In this document: one piece after another, positions 1 through 9,930 of the stretch
Numbering within the stretch: the stretch's first letter is position 1
How the letters are laid out: each line of letters starts with the position of its first letter
NCBI GenBank assembly: GCA_964508285.1
Contig: CAZDSY010000001.1
Coordinates: 9,850-73,849, forward strand
Length of the DNA: 64,000 bases
Reading direction: 5' to 3'
Origin: an uncultured Paludibacter sp.
Lineage (GTDB): Bacteria > Bacteroidota > Bacteroidia > Bacteroidales > Paludibacteraceae
The notes under the pieces: model-generated
Seen by the model: only the letters and a program-made list of their open reading frames with translations
What the model was told of the DNA's origin: nothing
The model's database searches: none
Program-made: the position numbers and the translations under genes

Positions 1-2
1 AG

Positions 3-656
3 AGTGGTTCGGGTAAAACTGTACTTATGAAAAGTATCATCGGGTTACACCGAATTGATAGCGGACGTATAGAATATGATGGACGCAACCTTCCCAATAT
101 GTCAATGAAAGATATTAGAATTTTGCGGCGCGAAGTTGGCATGCTTTTTCAGGGTTCAGCGTTGTTTGACTCGCTTACAGTACTTGAAAATGTAATGTAT
201 CCACTCGAAATGTTCTCAGGTAACAGTGTTGAGGAGATGACAGAAAGAGCACGCTTTTGTCTGCAACATGTTAATCTCGAAGAAAAATCGTACAATTTAT
301 ATCCCGGAGAAATTAGCGGAGGAATGCAAAAGCGTGTGGCAATTGCCAGAGCTATTGCCCTGCAACCAAAATATTTATTCTGCGACGAGCCAAATTCAGG
401 TCTCGATCCCAAAACTGCACTCATTATCGACCGTTTAATCCATGAAATTACAGTAGAGTTTGATATAACCACAATTATTAACTCGCACGACATGAACTCG
501 GTAATGGAGATAGGCGAAAACATTATTTTCATCGAAAAAGGTGAAAAAGCATGGCAAGGCTCTAAGGAAGATATTTGTAATAGTGATAATCAAGCTTTGA
601 ATGATTTTGTGTTTGCATCCAATTTATTTAAAAAAATTAAAAATTCATGTCAATGA
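3..656 (+). CDS. ABC transporter ATP-binding protein, MlaF/Mkl-like (5'-truncated by window)
   Basis: Frame is open from nt 3 and reads SGSGKT (Walker A) before the listed Met; [14 protein letters not shown] signature; CDEP Walker B; SHD H-loop; [13 protein letters not shown] is typical of MlaF. Confidence 0.85.
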   Translation, partial: SGSGKTVLMKSIIGLHRIDSGRIEYDGRNLPNMSMKDIRILRREVGMLFQGSALFDSLTVLENVMYPLEMFSGNSVEEMTERARFCLQHVNLEEKSYNLYPGEISGGMQKRVAIARAIALQPKYLFCDEPNSGLDPKTALIIDRLIHEITVEFDITTIINSHDMNSVMEIGENIIFIEKGEKAWQGSKEDICNSDNQALNDFVFASNLFKKIKNSCQ

Positions 657-1414
657 AAATCATCTCATACAATGTAAATGGTATCAGAGCTGCTTTAACT
701 AAAAATTTCGGTCAATGGCTCAAAAGCGAGAGTCCTGATATACTTTGCTTGCAAGAAACGAAAGCACAACCGGATCAGTTCGACACTATGCTCTTCGCTG
801 AACTTGGCTATACTTCTTTTTTACATTCAGCTGAAAAAAAAGGATATAGCGGAGTTGCTATTCTCACAAAAATAGCACCTGACAACATAATAATTGGCAT
901 GAATAACGAAAAATTTGACTCGGAAGGAAGAGTTATCCGTGCCGATTTCGGCGATTTGTCCGTAATAAGCGTTTATATACCCTCCGGATCGTCTGGTGAC
1001 GAACGTCAGGCATTCAAAATGGAGTTTCTCGAAGCATTTTTACCATTTATTACCGAAGTTCGTAAAACGCGTCCAAATCTTGTTGTGTGCGGTGATTATA
1101 ATATTTGTCATAAACCCATTGATATTAATCATCCTGAACGTCAGATAGGAGTGTCGGGTTTTTTACCCGAAGAGCGTGAATGGATGGATCGTTACGAAGC
1201 TACCGGCATGGTCGATACTTTCAGAGTGTTCGATCAAAGTGCCGAAAAATACAGTTGGTGGAGCTACAGAGGAGGTGCCCGATTCCGAAATGCCGGCTGG
1301 CGTATCGATTATCACTGGGTAACCGAATCACTTAAACCAAGACTGAAAAGTGCATCAATTCTTGCTGATGTAGTACATTCTGACCACTGTCCTGTACTTT
1401 TAGAAATTGAATAG
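653..1414 (+). CDS. xth: Exodeoxyribonuclease III (AP endonuclease)
   Basis: [35 protein letters not shown] motifs; the ATG at 653 overlaps the upstream stop (ATGA). Confidence 0.95.
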   Translation: MKIISYNVNGIRAALTKNFGQWLKSESPDILCLQETKAQPDQFDTMLFAELGYTSFLHSAEKKGYSGVAILTKIAPDNIIIGMNNEKFDSEGRVIRADFGDLSVISVYIPSGSSGDERQAFKMEFLEAFLPFITEVRKTRPNLVVCGDYNICHKPIDINHPERQIGVSGFLPEEREWMDRYEATGMVDTFRVFDQSAEKYSWWSYRGGARFRNAGWRIDYHWVTESLKPRLKSASILADVVHSDHCPVLLEIE

Positions 1415-1491
1415 TTTGTAAATATCTTCGTGTGTTTTTTAAAAAACAATAAATGTTTTAACAGTTAAAATCTGCTCCCGTTATTTGTGCT

Positions 1492-1499
1492 TAATTTTG
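1492..1499 (+). promoter_or_regulatory. Putative Bacteroidetes -7 promoter element (TAATTTTG)
   Basis: Matches TAnnTTTG about 20 nt upstream of ATG 1520. Confidence 0.5.
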
Positions 1500-1519
1500 C
1501 CTAATTATCCGATTCTCCA

Positions 1520-2944
1520 ATGAAAATAAATATCTTAAAATTATTATTCTCACTTTCGCTGATGCTTCTCACTGTATCGTGCGATTGGCTCAATGCCGAC
1601 GATACTGAATTGTCAAGCAATCCTTCTTTCGTATCGCTAACATTCAGTAAGAACGACAGCATTCCGTATCTTCATACTGCAAAATTTACGTTGGAGTGGG
1701 ACGACATACTCAACGATTCAATAATTGTAAATCTCGACTCACTTCCTTATAAAACCCGAATCGACAGTGTGTTTCCAAAGTTTTCTTTTAAAAGTTCATC
1801 AGGTGCATTTTTAACGATACGAGATTCTTTAGGAACGGGCTTGGATACTGTAATTTTAACAGGTACTGATACTATTAATTTTAACAGAGTTATCAGTGTA
1901 ACAAATACACCAGCGGATGGAGACACATTAAAGTCTCGCACATATCTCATAAAAGTTAATGTACATAAAGTGCAATCGGAATTATATGTCTGGAGAAAAA
2001 CAGTGGACCAGCTCTACACACAACCTGCCAATATGCAAAAAGCTATTAGCAGAAACGATACTATATTCTTTTATGCAAGCAGTGGTATAAACAATTACTT
2101 ATACATAAAAAAGACCGGGCACGAATGGAAAGAGACAAAGGTTAACGGATTACCTAATTACTCGAATCTTTACACGATTGCAGCATTTAACAATAAGTTT
2201 TATTTGATAGATGATAATGTAAATATTTATTCTACTTCAAACGGTATCGACTGGAAAAAAGAACTCAATTCTGATAATTATAAATTTCTGACTTTCCTGT
2301 TCGAACTCGATGGAAAATTCTGGGCTATTACAAAATCTGAAACAGATGGGAAAAACAGATTTGCATATACAACGTCAGGAGATAAATGGTTTATTACCGG
2401 CGAAATTCCTGCTAATTTTCCTGTAGGTGGATTTGCTGCTCTTTCGTTTTATTCGCGAACAAAAAAACCAAAAGCTGTGGTGCTTGGTGGATATTCTCAC
2501 AATGGTAAGTTATTGAATAATATTTGGAGTACCGAAAATGGAACTTACTGGGTTGATTTTACGGTTGAGAACGTTACCCTCGATTCGCTTGCAGGAGCTA
2601 CAATTATCCATTACGATGATAAATTGCTGCTTTTTGGTGGCATGAACGATGATGGAAAATTAGTCGATACAAATTATATGCAATCTATCGATGAAGGACT
2701 GAGCTGGAGTAAACCTGATACGGCTTATACTCAAATAAGGGAACTCGTAAGCAATGATGGAAATAGCAAATATAATTATTACGAACAACGTAGTTTCCAA
2801 AGTGTGGTTTATATGAAAGAACCCAATGTTGTCGGAACATTCAACCATAATATTTATCTTATTGGGGGCAGGGATGCAATGTCAAATGTTTATACTGATG
2901 TTTGGGTAGGGAAACTCAATCGTTTGAGTTTTAAAAGAAAATAA
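1520..2944 (+). CDS. Lipoprotein, DUF6242-like, with C-terminal Kelch/BNR-type beta-propeller
   Basis: Lipobox LTVSC; repeated S/T-x-D/N-G-x-x-W and GG motifs; ends WVGKLNRL as in Bacteroidales DUF6242 proteins. Confidence 0.6.
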   Translation: MKINILKLLFSLSLMLLTVSCDWLNADDTELSSNPSFVSLTFSKNDSIPYLHTAKFTLEWDDILNDSIIVNLDSLPYKTRIDSVFPKFSFKSSSGAFLTIRDSLGTGLDTVILTGTDTINFNRVISVTNTPADGDTLKSRTYLIKVNVHKVQSELYVWRKTVDQLYTQPANMQKAISRNDTIFFYASSGINNYLYIKKTGHEWKETKVNGLPNYSNLYTIAAFNNKFYLIDDNVNIYSTSNGIDWKKELNSDNYKFLTFLFELDGKFWAITKSETDGKNRFAYTTSGDKWFITGEIPANFPVGGFAALSFYSRTKKPKAVVLGGYSHNGKLLNNIWSTENGTYWVDFTVENVTLDSLAGATIIHYDDKLLLFGGMNDDGKLVDTNYMQSIDEGLSWSKPDTAYTQIRELVSNDGNSKYNYYEQRSFQSVVYMKEPNVVGTFNHNIYLIGGRDAMSNVYTDVWVGKLNRLSFKRK

Positions 2945-3044
2945 ACTGATTTAGGTACGAGTAGAAAAAGTTTATAGAAACATGGAGACAAGTAAACTCG
3001 TCCACCTCGGTTTGTAACTATATAAACTCTGAAACCTGAAACAC

Positions 3045-3908
3045 CTATAGGGTTCTTGCCTTAAAAGTATCTCCCTGACTGATATCGCCGGTACGGAATC
3101 CTTTATTGAACCAACGCATTCGTTGCTCTGAAGTACCGTGAGTAAACGAATCGGGAACCGTATAACCTTGTGCTCTTTTTTGCAAAGTATCATCACCAAC
3201 TGCGTTTGCAGCTCCCAACGCCGATTCAATGTCGCCGGATTCCAGCTCAATAATATTCATTTCTACTGCTTTTCTTGCCCAGATTCCTGCAAAAAAATCA
3301 GCTTGAAGTTCAAGTCTAACCGAAAGTTCGTTGTATTCCGTCTGACTTACTTTTTGGCGCATTTCTTCCATATAATCCAGATAACCAAGCAGTTTTTGAA
3401 CGTGATGTCCGACTTCGTGAGCTGTAACGTAAGCCATGGCAAGTTCGCCGGGAGCTTTGTAGCGTTGTGCAAGTTCATGAAAAAAGGATAGATCAATATA
3501 AACCTTTTGATCGGCTGGACAGTAAAATGGGCCTGATGAAGATGTTGCACCGCCACACCCCGAAAGCGTTTGATCGGTAAAGGTCACAAAAACAGGTTTG
3601 ATGTAGTTTTTCCCAAACTTTTCAGTAAAAATAACATCCCATACATCGTTGGCACTGTTAAACACACCCAGTGAAAATACTTTCAGGTCTTCGTTTTCAC
3701 GTACACGCGATTCGTCTACCGTTTCAGAACCTCCTGCAGGTAAAGTCTGATTAACCACTTCGAGCAGTTGACCGGGATCCTGATTAAGCAACATTGCAAT
3801 TACAAAGACTACGACAGTTCCGATGCCACCTACTGCAGCCCCTTTCTTTACGCGACCACGGCGGTCTTCATAATTTGATTCGTCATCATTACGGTTAATC
3901 CATTTCAT
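3045..3908 (-). CDS. Neutral zinc metallopeptidase, YpfJ family
   Basis: NYEDRRG N-terminus, GPFYCPAD, HEVGHHVQ zinc motif, ELQAD, FTHGTSEQR. Confidence 0.9.
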   Translation of the reverse strand: MKWINRNDDESNYEDRRGRVKKGAAVGGIGTVVVFVIAMLLNQDPGQLLEVVNQTLPAGGSETVDESRVRENEDLKVFSLGVFNSANDVWDVIFTEKFGKNYIKPVFVTFTDQTLSGCGGATSSSGPFYCPADQKVYIDLSFFHELAQRYKAPGELAMAYVTAHEVGHHVQKLLGYLDYMEEMRQKVSQTEYNELSVRLELQADFFAGIWARKAVEMNIIELESGDIESALGAANAVGDDTLQKRAQGYTVPDSFTHGTSEQRMRWFNKGFRTGDISQGDTFKARTL

Positions 3909-3930
3909 AATTTATATTACTAAGATTGAT

Positions 3931-5208
3931 TTAATTTGCTTTTTCAAGCTGTTTCTGAATCTTTTTTATGGCAGATTCGATAGATTTTTCAGGTTCAATT
4001 ACATTAAATTCTCCCCAGAAATCGGGGTCAGCAAATCCGGAAGCTTCATCGCTAATAATTACGTTTGGACGCAATCTTGCTTTATTAGCAGAAGTGGTTG
4101 CGCCAACCGGAATAATGTCGGTAGTAGCCATCTCGATGGTAGAGTAGTATGTAGTATTGAAAAGTTTCTTTTTCCAATTAATACGAAGTCCGAGTTCTAT
4201 ACGGCTGTAGCCATAATACCATTTGCCATCTTTTTCGAAATAATCAATACGGTAGCTTGCATTTACAGGAAACACCTTGGCATTAAGTGGTTTTTTTACG
4301 ATAAACAATCGGGCTGCTTCCTCTTTTTTTTCCATGTTGAGATTGAAAACTGCGCTTTTAAGGGCAAGCGATTCAGCATCAATGTACAATTTTCCGTAAT
4401 AAAGAGGGTCAGGATTATTTTTGTTTTGTCTGAAGTCGATTACATAAATCAAACGGTCGTCCTGACGGGTTGAACGATCGAAACTGAAAACATAATTTTC
4501 AACGCGATTTTCTGTAAAAAACAAATCAGTATGTTTCATTATATCAAGGTAAAGTGAATTAAATGGACCGCCCATTAGTTTAAAAACCAAAGTGTCAAGC
4601 CTGTTGTAATCTGTTTTTTTTCGCGATTTATACAACTTTACTACATCGTTTCGGTACGAACTGTAACTTGGTTTTGTGATATCGATTACTGCTTCAGCAA
4701 GTGAAACATACGTTTTGTTTTTTCGTATGGATTCTCTGTAAAATGCCGTGAGAGACATATCTTTATCAGCGTAATTTACTCCTTTTTTTTCGAGCATCGC
4801 TTCAATCAGTGCATCTGCATCTTTCGAAATTACACTAACTTCAGGCAGTTCAACATTTACAGGCTCGAGCAATATTTTCCATTTTTGTGCTTGTAATTCT
4901 GAAATTCGAAAACTGAAATTCTTGTAACCTATATACTTTACTGTAAGTAAAATATCGTTACTTCCTACGGGTAATTTTACCGAAAACTCACCATCGGAAT
5001 TTGTTATGGTGGTACTTCCTGAACCATTTACAAAAATACTTGCAAAAGCAAGTGGTTTGTTGGTTTGTTTGTCTAAAACGAGTCCTTTATACTCGGTAAA
5101 ATCATCAGCAAATGCTTTTACAAATTGTGTAAAACATATACTGAGCAACAACACAGTTACAACAACAAACTTTGTTTGGAATGGTCTAAAATTATGGATA
5201 GTTTTCAT
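3931..5208 (-). CDS. Exported protein with carboxypeptidase-regulatory-like N-terminal domain
   Basis: Signal peptide; GLVLDKQTNKPLAFASI...TNSDGEF...YIGY pattern; FYRE and DPDFW motifs common in Bacteroidetes proteins of this class. Confidence 0.7.
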   Translation of the reverse strand: MKTIHNFRPFQTKFVVVTVLLLSICFTQFVKAFADDFTEYKGLVLDKQTNKPLAFASIFVNGSGSTTITNSDGEFSVKLPVGSNDILLTVKYIGYKNFSFRISELQAQKWKILLEPVNVELPEVSVISKDADALIEAMLEKKGVNYADKDMSLTAFYRESIRKNKTYVSLAEAVIDITKPSYSSYRNDVVKLYKSRKKTDYNRLDTLVFKLMGGPFNSLYLDIMKHTDLFFTENRVENYVFSFDRSTRQDDRLIYVIDFRQNKNNPDPLYYGKLYIDAESLALKSAVFNLNMEKKEEAARLFIVKKPLNAKVFPVNASYRIDYFEKDGKWYYGYSRIELGLRINWKKKLFNTTYYSTIEMATTDIIPVGATTSANKARLRPNVIISDEASGFADPDFWGEFNVIEPEKSIESAIKKIQKQLEKAN

Positions 5209-5292
5209 GGTGAAGAATTTTAAAAATTACTTTATTTGCCAATATAACAAATATTTATGCAAAAATGTTTTCAGAAAGAATTGCTTGATTTG

Positions 5293-6333
5293 TTAGTTGT
5301 TTTTTACAAATTTAGCTACTTTGCGTGTTCCCGAATTATACAAAACCACAATAAAAAGTCCGTTTTTGTCAGTATTAATAGCTATTTTTTTTGAGTTTGA
5401 AGTTCCATTTTGAATTAGCATACCATCAACCGAATAAATATAGAAATCTGCAGGTTTATTTTCAGCTATGTTCAAATAAAGTGTATTCTCATCGGGCAAA
5501 TAAACCACATAAAATTCCGGATCAGGTACAGGAATTTCTCCATTTACATCCCAGTATTGTCCTTTGTAATATCCCCATATGTATTCAGCTAAATCCGGGA
5601 AATCAACATAAGGATTGCGGTTATTCTGAAATGAATATACAGCATCGTTACGTTTTATTTCTTTTTCGCTCACAGGGTCGTTGCGATGCCATTTGAGGAG
5701 AAGTTTCACGGCATATTCGTTAAAAACCGGATAGGTATTTTTCTGTAACATACTTGCTGTACCCAAACTACGCCAGTTTTGTGAATAATCTTCGTAACAG
5801 GTTACCACGTACATATAACTCCTTGCAAAATCGCCTTTGTACTCATCGGCAGGTTCGAAAACAGTTCCGTTGTAACCTGCAACGCGGTTTGTGCCAACTT
5901 TTACTACACCATTCTGAAAAACGGGAACTCCTGTAACTTCACCAAGCGGATAATTTGATTTTGCTTCGTTGGCTGTCGGATCAGAAGGATAAAGATTATG
6001 TAAATCAGAATAAGCTACTGTAGTTTCAGGTGCTGAACTCCACCAGCTTTTAGGAAAATTGTGTTCGCGGTTTAAGCCGGTCCATGTGGTGCGTTGTATA
6101 TTGGAATACATATCCCAGAAATAGCCATTTGGATGCCAGTCGGTAGTTCTAAAATATGTGGCCGAAGCGTAATATTCAAGTTGAGTGTGTTGCTTAATGA
6201 TGTTAAAAAGGGCAGTTTTTAATCCTTGATCTTTTAGAACCGAAGCGCTATTGTAATAACCTTGAGGAATTGCTGCAAATATGTTCCATACATTCAGCAA
6301 AAGAAAAAAAGTAAATAAATTCTTGAATTTCAT
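5293..6333 (-). CDS. Secreted endonuclease I with probable T9SS C-terminal domain
   Basis: Signal peptide from ATG 6333; NREHNFPKSW, SDLHNLYPSD, KGDFAR, QNNRNPYVDFP; C-terminus IYSVDG...GLFIV...KFVK. Confidence 0.85.
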   Translation of the reverse strand: MKFKNLFTFFLLLNVWNIFAAIPQGYYNSASVLKDQGLKTALFNIIKQHTQLEYYASATYFRTTDWHPNGYFWDMYSNIQRTTWTGLNREHNFPKSWWSSAPETTVAYSDLHNLYPSDPTANEAKSNYPLGEVTGVPVFQNGVVKVGTNRVAGYNGTVFEPADEYKGDFARSYMYVVTCYEDYSQNWRSLGTASMLQKNTYPVFNEYAVKLLLKWHRNDPVSEKEIKRNDAVYSFQNNRNPYVDFPDLAEYIWGYYKGQYWDVNGEIPVPDPEFYVVYLPDENTLYLNIAENKPADFYIYSVDGMLIQNGTSNSKKIAINTDKNGLFIVVLYNSGTRKVAKFVKNN

Positions 6334-6380
6334 TCGTTGATTTGAAAAAAAATAAACTTCTGAAAAATGAGAAAAGCTTA

Positions 6381-6388
6381 CAAAGATA
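6381..6388 (-). promoter_or_regulatory. Putative -7 promoter element (TATCTTTG) for the endonuclease gene
   Basis: Reverse complement of caaagata, about 48 nt upstream of ATG 6333. Confidence 0.45.
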
Positions 6389-6456
6389 ACAGAATGTGAA
6401 TAAAGTTGCAAAAAATATTTATATCAGTGTCAACGAAAATTTTGTTGTGTAATTTT

Positions 6457-7071
6457 TCATGTTGTACATTCAAACATATAAACCGATGGAATAAAAAAAG
6501 CAGTTTCGATGCGCTGAATGCTTTTAATGTTGAAGTTACAAATTTTGAGCAAACTACTCATTTTTTTGTTCGAAAGATATTCGGCTTTTGATGTCGTGAG
6601 TTTGACGAATACCAACCAGAGGGCATCATAGAAATTATTGTTGTTGGCAAATAAAATCAGTAATCGTCCGCCCGGATTCAAATGATTTTTTACACACTTT
6701 AGAAAGAATTTTTTATCCATAACGTACGGAAAAGCGTTGGTGGATACGATTATGTCGAATTTTTCATTTTCCGGTAGTTTTTCCAATTCAGTTGCAACAT
6801 ACCGTATGTCAATGTTTTCGCTGAGCATTTTGGCTCTTTCAATCATTTTTTCAGCCGGATCGATTCCTGTAATATTTGCTGTAGGATGAATGCTTTTAAT
6901 TTCACGGCAAAGTTGACCAATGGCACATCCTACATCGAGAATTTTCGCGTTTTCAGGAATTTCACTCAGGTTTTTAAGAATCAGTTTACGCGATGGACCT
7001 AAAGCGAATTTTTGCGCTAATAATTTTTCGTACCAGCTTGCATACGAATCCCAGATTTCTTTGTTTGGCAT
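6457..7071 (-). CDS. Class I SAM-dependent methyltransferase
   Basis: ILDVGCAIG motif I, GID, FDIIVS, LNPGGRL. Confidence 0.85.
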   Translation of the reverse strand: MPNKEIWDSYASWYEKLLAQKFALGPSRKLILKNLSEIPENAKILDVGCAIGQLCREIKSIHPTANITGIDPAEKMIERAKMLSENIDIRYVATELEKLPENEKFDIIVSTNAFPYVMDKKFFLKCVKNHLNPGGRLLILFANNNNFYDALWLVFVKLTTSKAEYLSNKKMSSLLKICNFNIKSIQRIETAFFIPSVYMFECTT

Positions 7072-7103
7072 AGTTTAATTTACAATTGAAAAATTTACAA
7101 TTT

Positions 7104-7143
7104 ATTGGCACATTTGCATATTGGTTCATTGGCACATTATCAA
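7104..7143. repeat. Degenerate tandem 8-mer repeat (attggcac-type)
   Basis: attggcac atttgcat attggttc attggcac attatcaa. Confidence 0.6.
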
Positions 7144-7144
7144 T

Positions 7145-8506
7145 TTACTTCCATATAATTATTTTTGTAAAGTAAGCAAATCCGTCATAAATGCTCATAA
7201 AGATGGTTTGAATTCCACGCAGAAAACCATATTTTTTGAAAATATACATTGCTGATGACCAACCATAGATCGGACTTAAATACAACACAAACAGCCACAT
7301 ATAATAACTGAATGGCGAAATGTGAGCCGTTTTTTTGTGTAATCGCAGTAAATCGTAACGCCACATTTTTTTTGGATCGAAAACTGTTTTTTGTTCCAAA
7401 GCCAAATCTGTTCCGGGCATAACTGTTTCTGTAGAAAAAGTGGCAAACTGGATTTTATTTTTTCTGATGTATCTGAATAATTGGCGGAAATCAGCATGAT
7501 GCCAGTCGGGATTGCAAATAAAAAGCGCATACAACTCAATGTCATATTTGTTGCAAATTTCGATGGTACGGTCGTTTTCCGAGGCTGTTGCACCTTTGTG
7601 AACATTCTCCAAGCTTTGATCACTGATATACTCAAAACCAACAATAACCGCAATTAATCCGTTTTTTTTCAATCTTGCAATAGTTGATTCGTGTGTTGAA
7701 ATAAAATGAGATGTTCCGTAAACAATAAATTTTTTTCTGATTTCGCGTTTTTCCAATTCTTCGCAAAAAGTTTCCAATCGTTTACTGTTTGTCAGAAAAT
7801 TATCATCAACAACAAATATATTTTCGGTTTCGATGGTTTCCAATTCAGCAATTACATCAGCAACTGGACGGGCGTGATACACTCCGCCATTCATTTTACG
7901 GCAAAAGCAAAATGTACATTTTCCGGGACAACTTAACGCCGTTTTTATGGAAGCGCACTTTCTGAGGTACATATAAAAGTATCTTTCGGGATTTTTATCG
8001 AATAAAACCCGTTTCGGTATTGGCAATTCTTCAATCTGCGATTTTACTTCCTGAAGTTTAAAACCGTTGTCGGCAAAAGCTACGCCTTCGGTTTTGAGCA
8101 GAATTTCAGGCTTTTGAATATTATCGGCAATTTGCGAAATTGCTTGCAGATGATTTGCAAAAACCACCGCGTTTATTTCCGGAATAAAAAATTGTTCGGG
8201 AACAACTTCGGGATGTACGCCTCCAACTACAATATACAAATGCGGAAATATTTTTCGCAAATCCTGACAAATTTCTCGCACGAAAGTTGTGTGATTCAAA
8301 TACACACTTATGCAAAGTATGTCGATTTTATGTTGCTTTAAAGTCCTTATTAGTTTGCCTTTTTTCCCTTTTTCGAGGAAGAAAATGGTGTGATGCTGAT
8401 GCAAAACCGTATAAAGATATTCCAGCTCCAGCGGCTCTGAGCTGATAAGATTATCCATGTGAATGGATTGCAGCGGCACAGGTGGTGTATAAAGCAGAAT
8501 ATTCAT
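7145..8506 (-). CDS. Cobalamin-binding radical SAM protein (paralog of 9931-11397)
   Basis: EPLELE, VGGVH (B12-binding domain), CPGKCTFC (CxxxCxxC), DDNF, VGFE, MPGT. Confidence 0.9.
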   Translation of the reverse strand: MNILLYTPPVPLQSIHMDNLISSEPLELEYLYTVLHQHHTIFFLEKGKKGKLIRTLKQHKIDILCISVYLNHTTFVREICQDLRKIFPHLYIVVGGVHPEVVPEQFFIPEINAVVFANHLQAISQIADNIQKPEILLKTEGVAFADNGFKLQEVKSQIEELPIPKRVLFDKNPERYFYMYLRKCASIKTALSCPGKCTFCFCRKMNGGVYHARPVADVIAELETIETENIFVVDDNFLTNSKRLETFCEELEKREIRKKFIVYGTSHFISTHESTIARLKKNGLIAVIVGFEYISDQSLENVHKGATASENDRTIEICNKYDIELYALFICNPDWHHADFRQLFRYIRKNKIQFATFSTETVMPGTDLALEQKTVFDPKKMWRYDLLRLHKKTAHISPFSYYMWLFVLYLSPIYGWSSAMYIFKKYGFLRGIQTIFMSIYDGFAYFTKIIIWK

Positions 8507-8507
8507 G

Positions 8508-9830
8508 TTAAAAAATATTTGGCGTAACTTTTCGTTTCACGTAATTGCGGTAATGTAAATTTACTCCCAGTGCAAAAATCAGCATTTCGGGATTTTTCCA
8601 TAAATATTTATTGAACAAAACGCGGTGAAAAATGCTTTTTAGCGAAAAAACTTTATTGTTCAGCCACCAGTACATTTCGGTTAGTTTTTCCGGTTCAATC
8701 ATCTTTGGAATATGCACACAACGCGTTCCATCAAAAAGATTCAAATCATCAGTTAACATGCGATTTTCTTCTTTAAGCTGTTTATGTAAATCAGTGCCCG
8801 GAATTGGCGTAAGAATGTAAAATCGTGGAATCGGAACACGATTTCGGTAAATAAATTCGTATGTTTCACGTATCGATTTTTCAGTATCAAAATCGGTTCC
8901 CACAATCATTTCGGTACTTACCACTATGCCCGATTCCGACAATATCTTCATGTTTTTCTCATGATCGGCAGCTTTTAACCATGGTTTGTCGAAGCTGTCG
9001 ATGGCTTCCTGACTGATGCTTTCCACACCGAAACTCATTAAATCGCAGCCCGAATCACGCACAATCCTTAGCAATTCGGCATTTTTTGCCAAATGGATTG
9101 CGCACTGACTTGCCCATTTCATTTTCAGCGGTTTTATTTTCTCACATAATTCCCGCAGATATTTCGGGCTCGATACGATGTTGTCATCAATAAGATAAAA
9201 ACGCTTAAAACCAAGCCGTTTTATTTCCTTTATGTCGCGAATTACTTCATCGACCGGACGGAAAAGATATTTGCCTTCGTACAAGCAGGCAATGGAGCAA
9301 AACGAACAGGTAAATGTACAACCCCTTCCGGCTTGCACAGGCAACATTACCCCGATTTTTTTCTGCAAGAGCAAGTCGTAACGCGGAATCGGCAGATCTT
9401 TTAGTTCGCTTATTGGAAAGTTGTATAAAGGTTTTATTTTTCCGGTTTCGTCAAAATCTTTCAACATCATCGGGAATGAAATTTCGGCATCACCAACTAT
9501 CACCGAATCGACATATTTCATAGCTTCTTTGTAAGCAATGGATGCCATGTAACCGCCCATAACCACCGTTTTCCCCCGTTTTTTAAATTCAGCGGCTATC
9601 TCCAAACCTCTGAAAGTGGCATGTCCCATCGTTCCAATTCCAATAATATCAGCATCCGATTCGAAATTAATTTCGTCCACTACTTCAATCTGTAATTCCA
9701 CTTCCCAATGAGCCGGAACATAAGAAGCCAATAATGGGAATGCTAATCCGGGCAGATTGATTTTATTCTGTTTACACAATTTTCCGCTTTCGGCGTATTG
9801 TGTGGGCTGTATGAAGAGTATTTTGGGCAT
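8508..9830 (-). CDS. Cobalamin-binding radical SAM protein
   Basis: MGG B12-domain motif, GRGCTFTCSFC, DDN, FGVES, TPIPGT; likely start ATG 9830. Confidence 0.9.
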   Translation of the reverse strand: MPKILFIQPTQYAESGKLCKQNKINLPGLAFPLLASYVPAHWEVELQIEVVDEINFESDADIIGIGTMGHATFRGLEIAAEFKKRGKTVVMGGYMASIAYKEAMKYVDSVIVGDAEISFPMMLKDFDETGKIKPLYNFPISELKDLPIPRYDLLLQKKIGVMLPVQAGRGCTFTCSFCSIACLYEGKYLFRPVDEVIRDIKEIKRLGFKRFYLIDDNIVSSPKYLRELCEKIKPLKMKWASQCAIHLAKNAELLRIVRDSGCDLMSFGVESISQEAIDSFDKPWLKAADHEKNMKILSESGIVVSTEMIVGTDFDTEKSIRETYEFIYRNRVPIPRFYILTPIPGTDLHKQLKEENRMLTDDLNLFDGTRCVHIPKMIEPEKLTEMYWWLNNKVFSLKSIFHRVLFNKYLWKNPEMLIFALGVNLHYRNYVKRKVTPNIF

Positions 9831-9848
9831 AAATTTTTTGTTTTTAAG

Positions 9849-9868
9849 CAAGGGGGCATGCCCCCTTG
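9849..9868. repeat. Perfect 20-bp palindrome (REP-like)
   Basis: caagggggcatgcccccttg equals its own reverse complement; followed by 8-mer periodic aaattaag-type repeats (9872-9903). Confidence 0.75.
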
Positions 9869-9930
9869 TCTAAATTAAGAAATTAAAAAATAGGAAATTT
9901 AGAAACTTCATGTTACAACCAATTTTCAAA

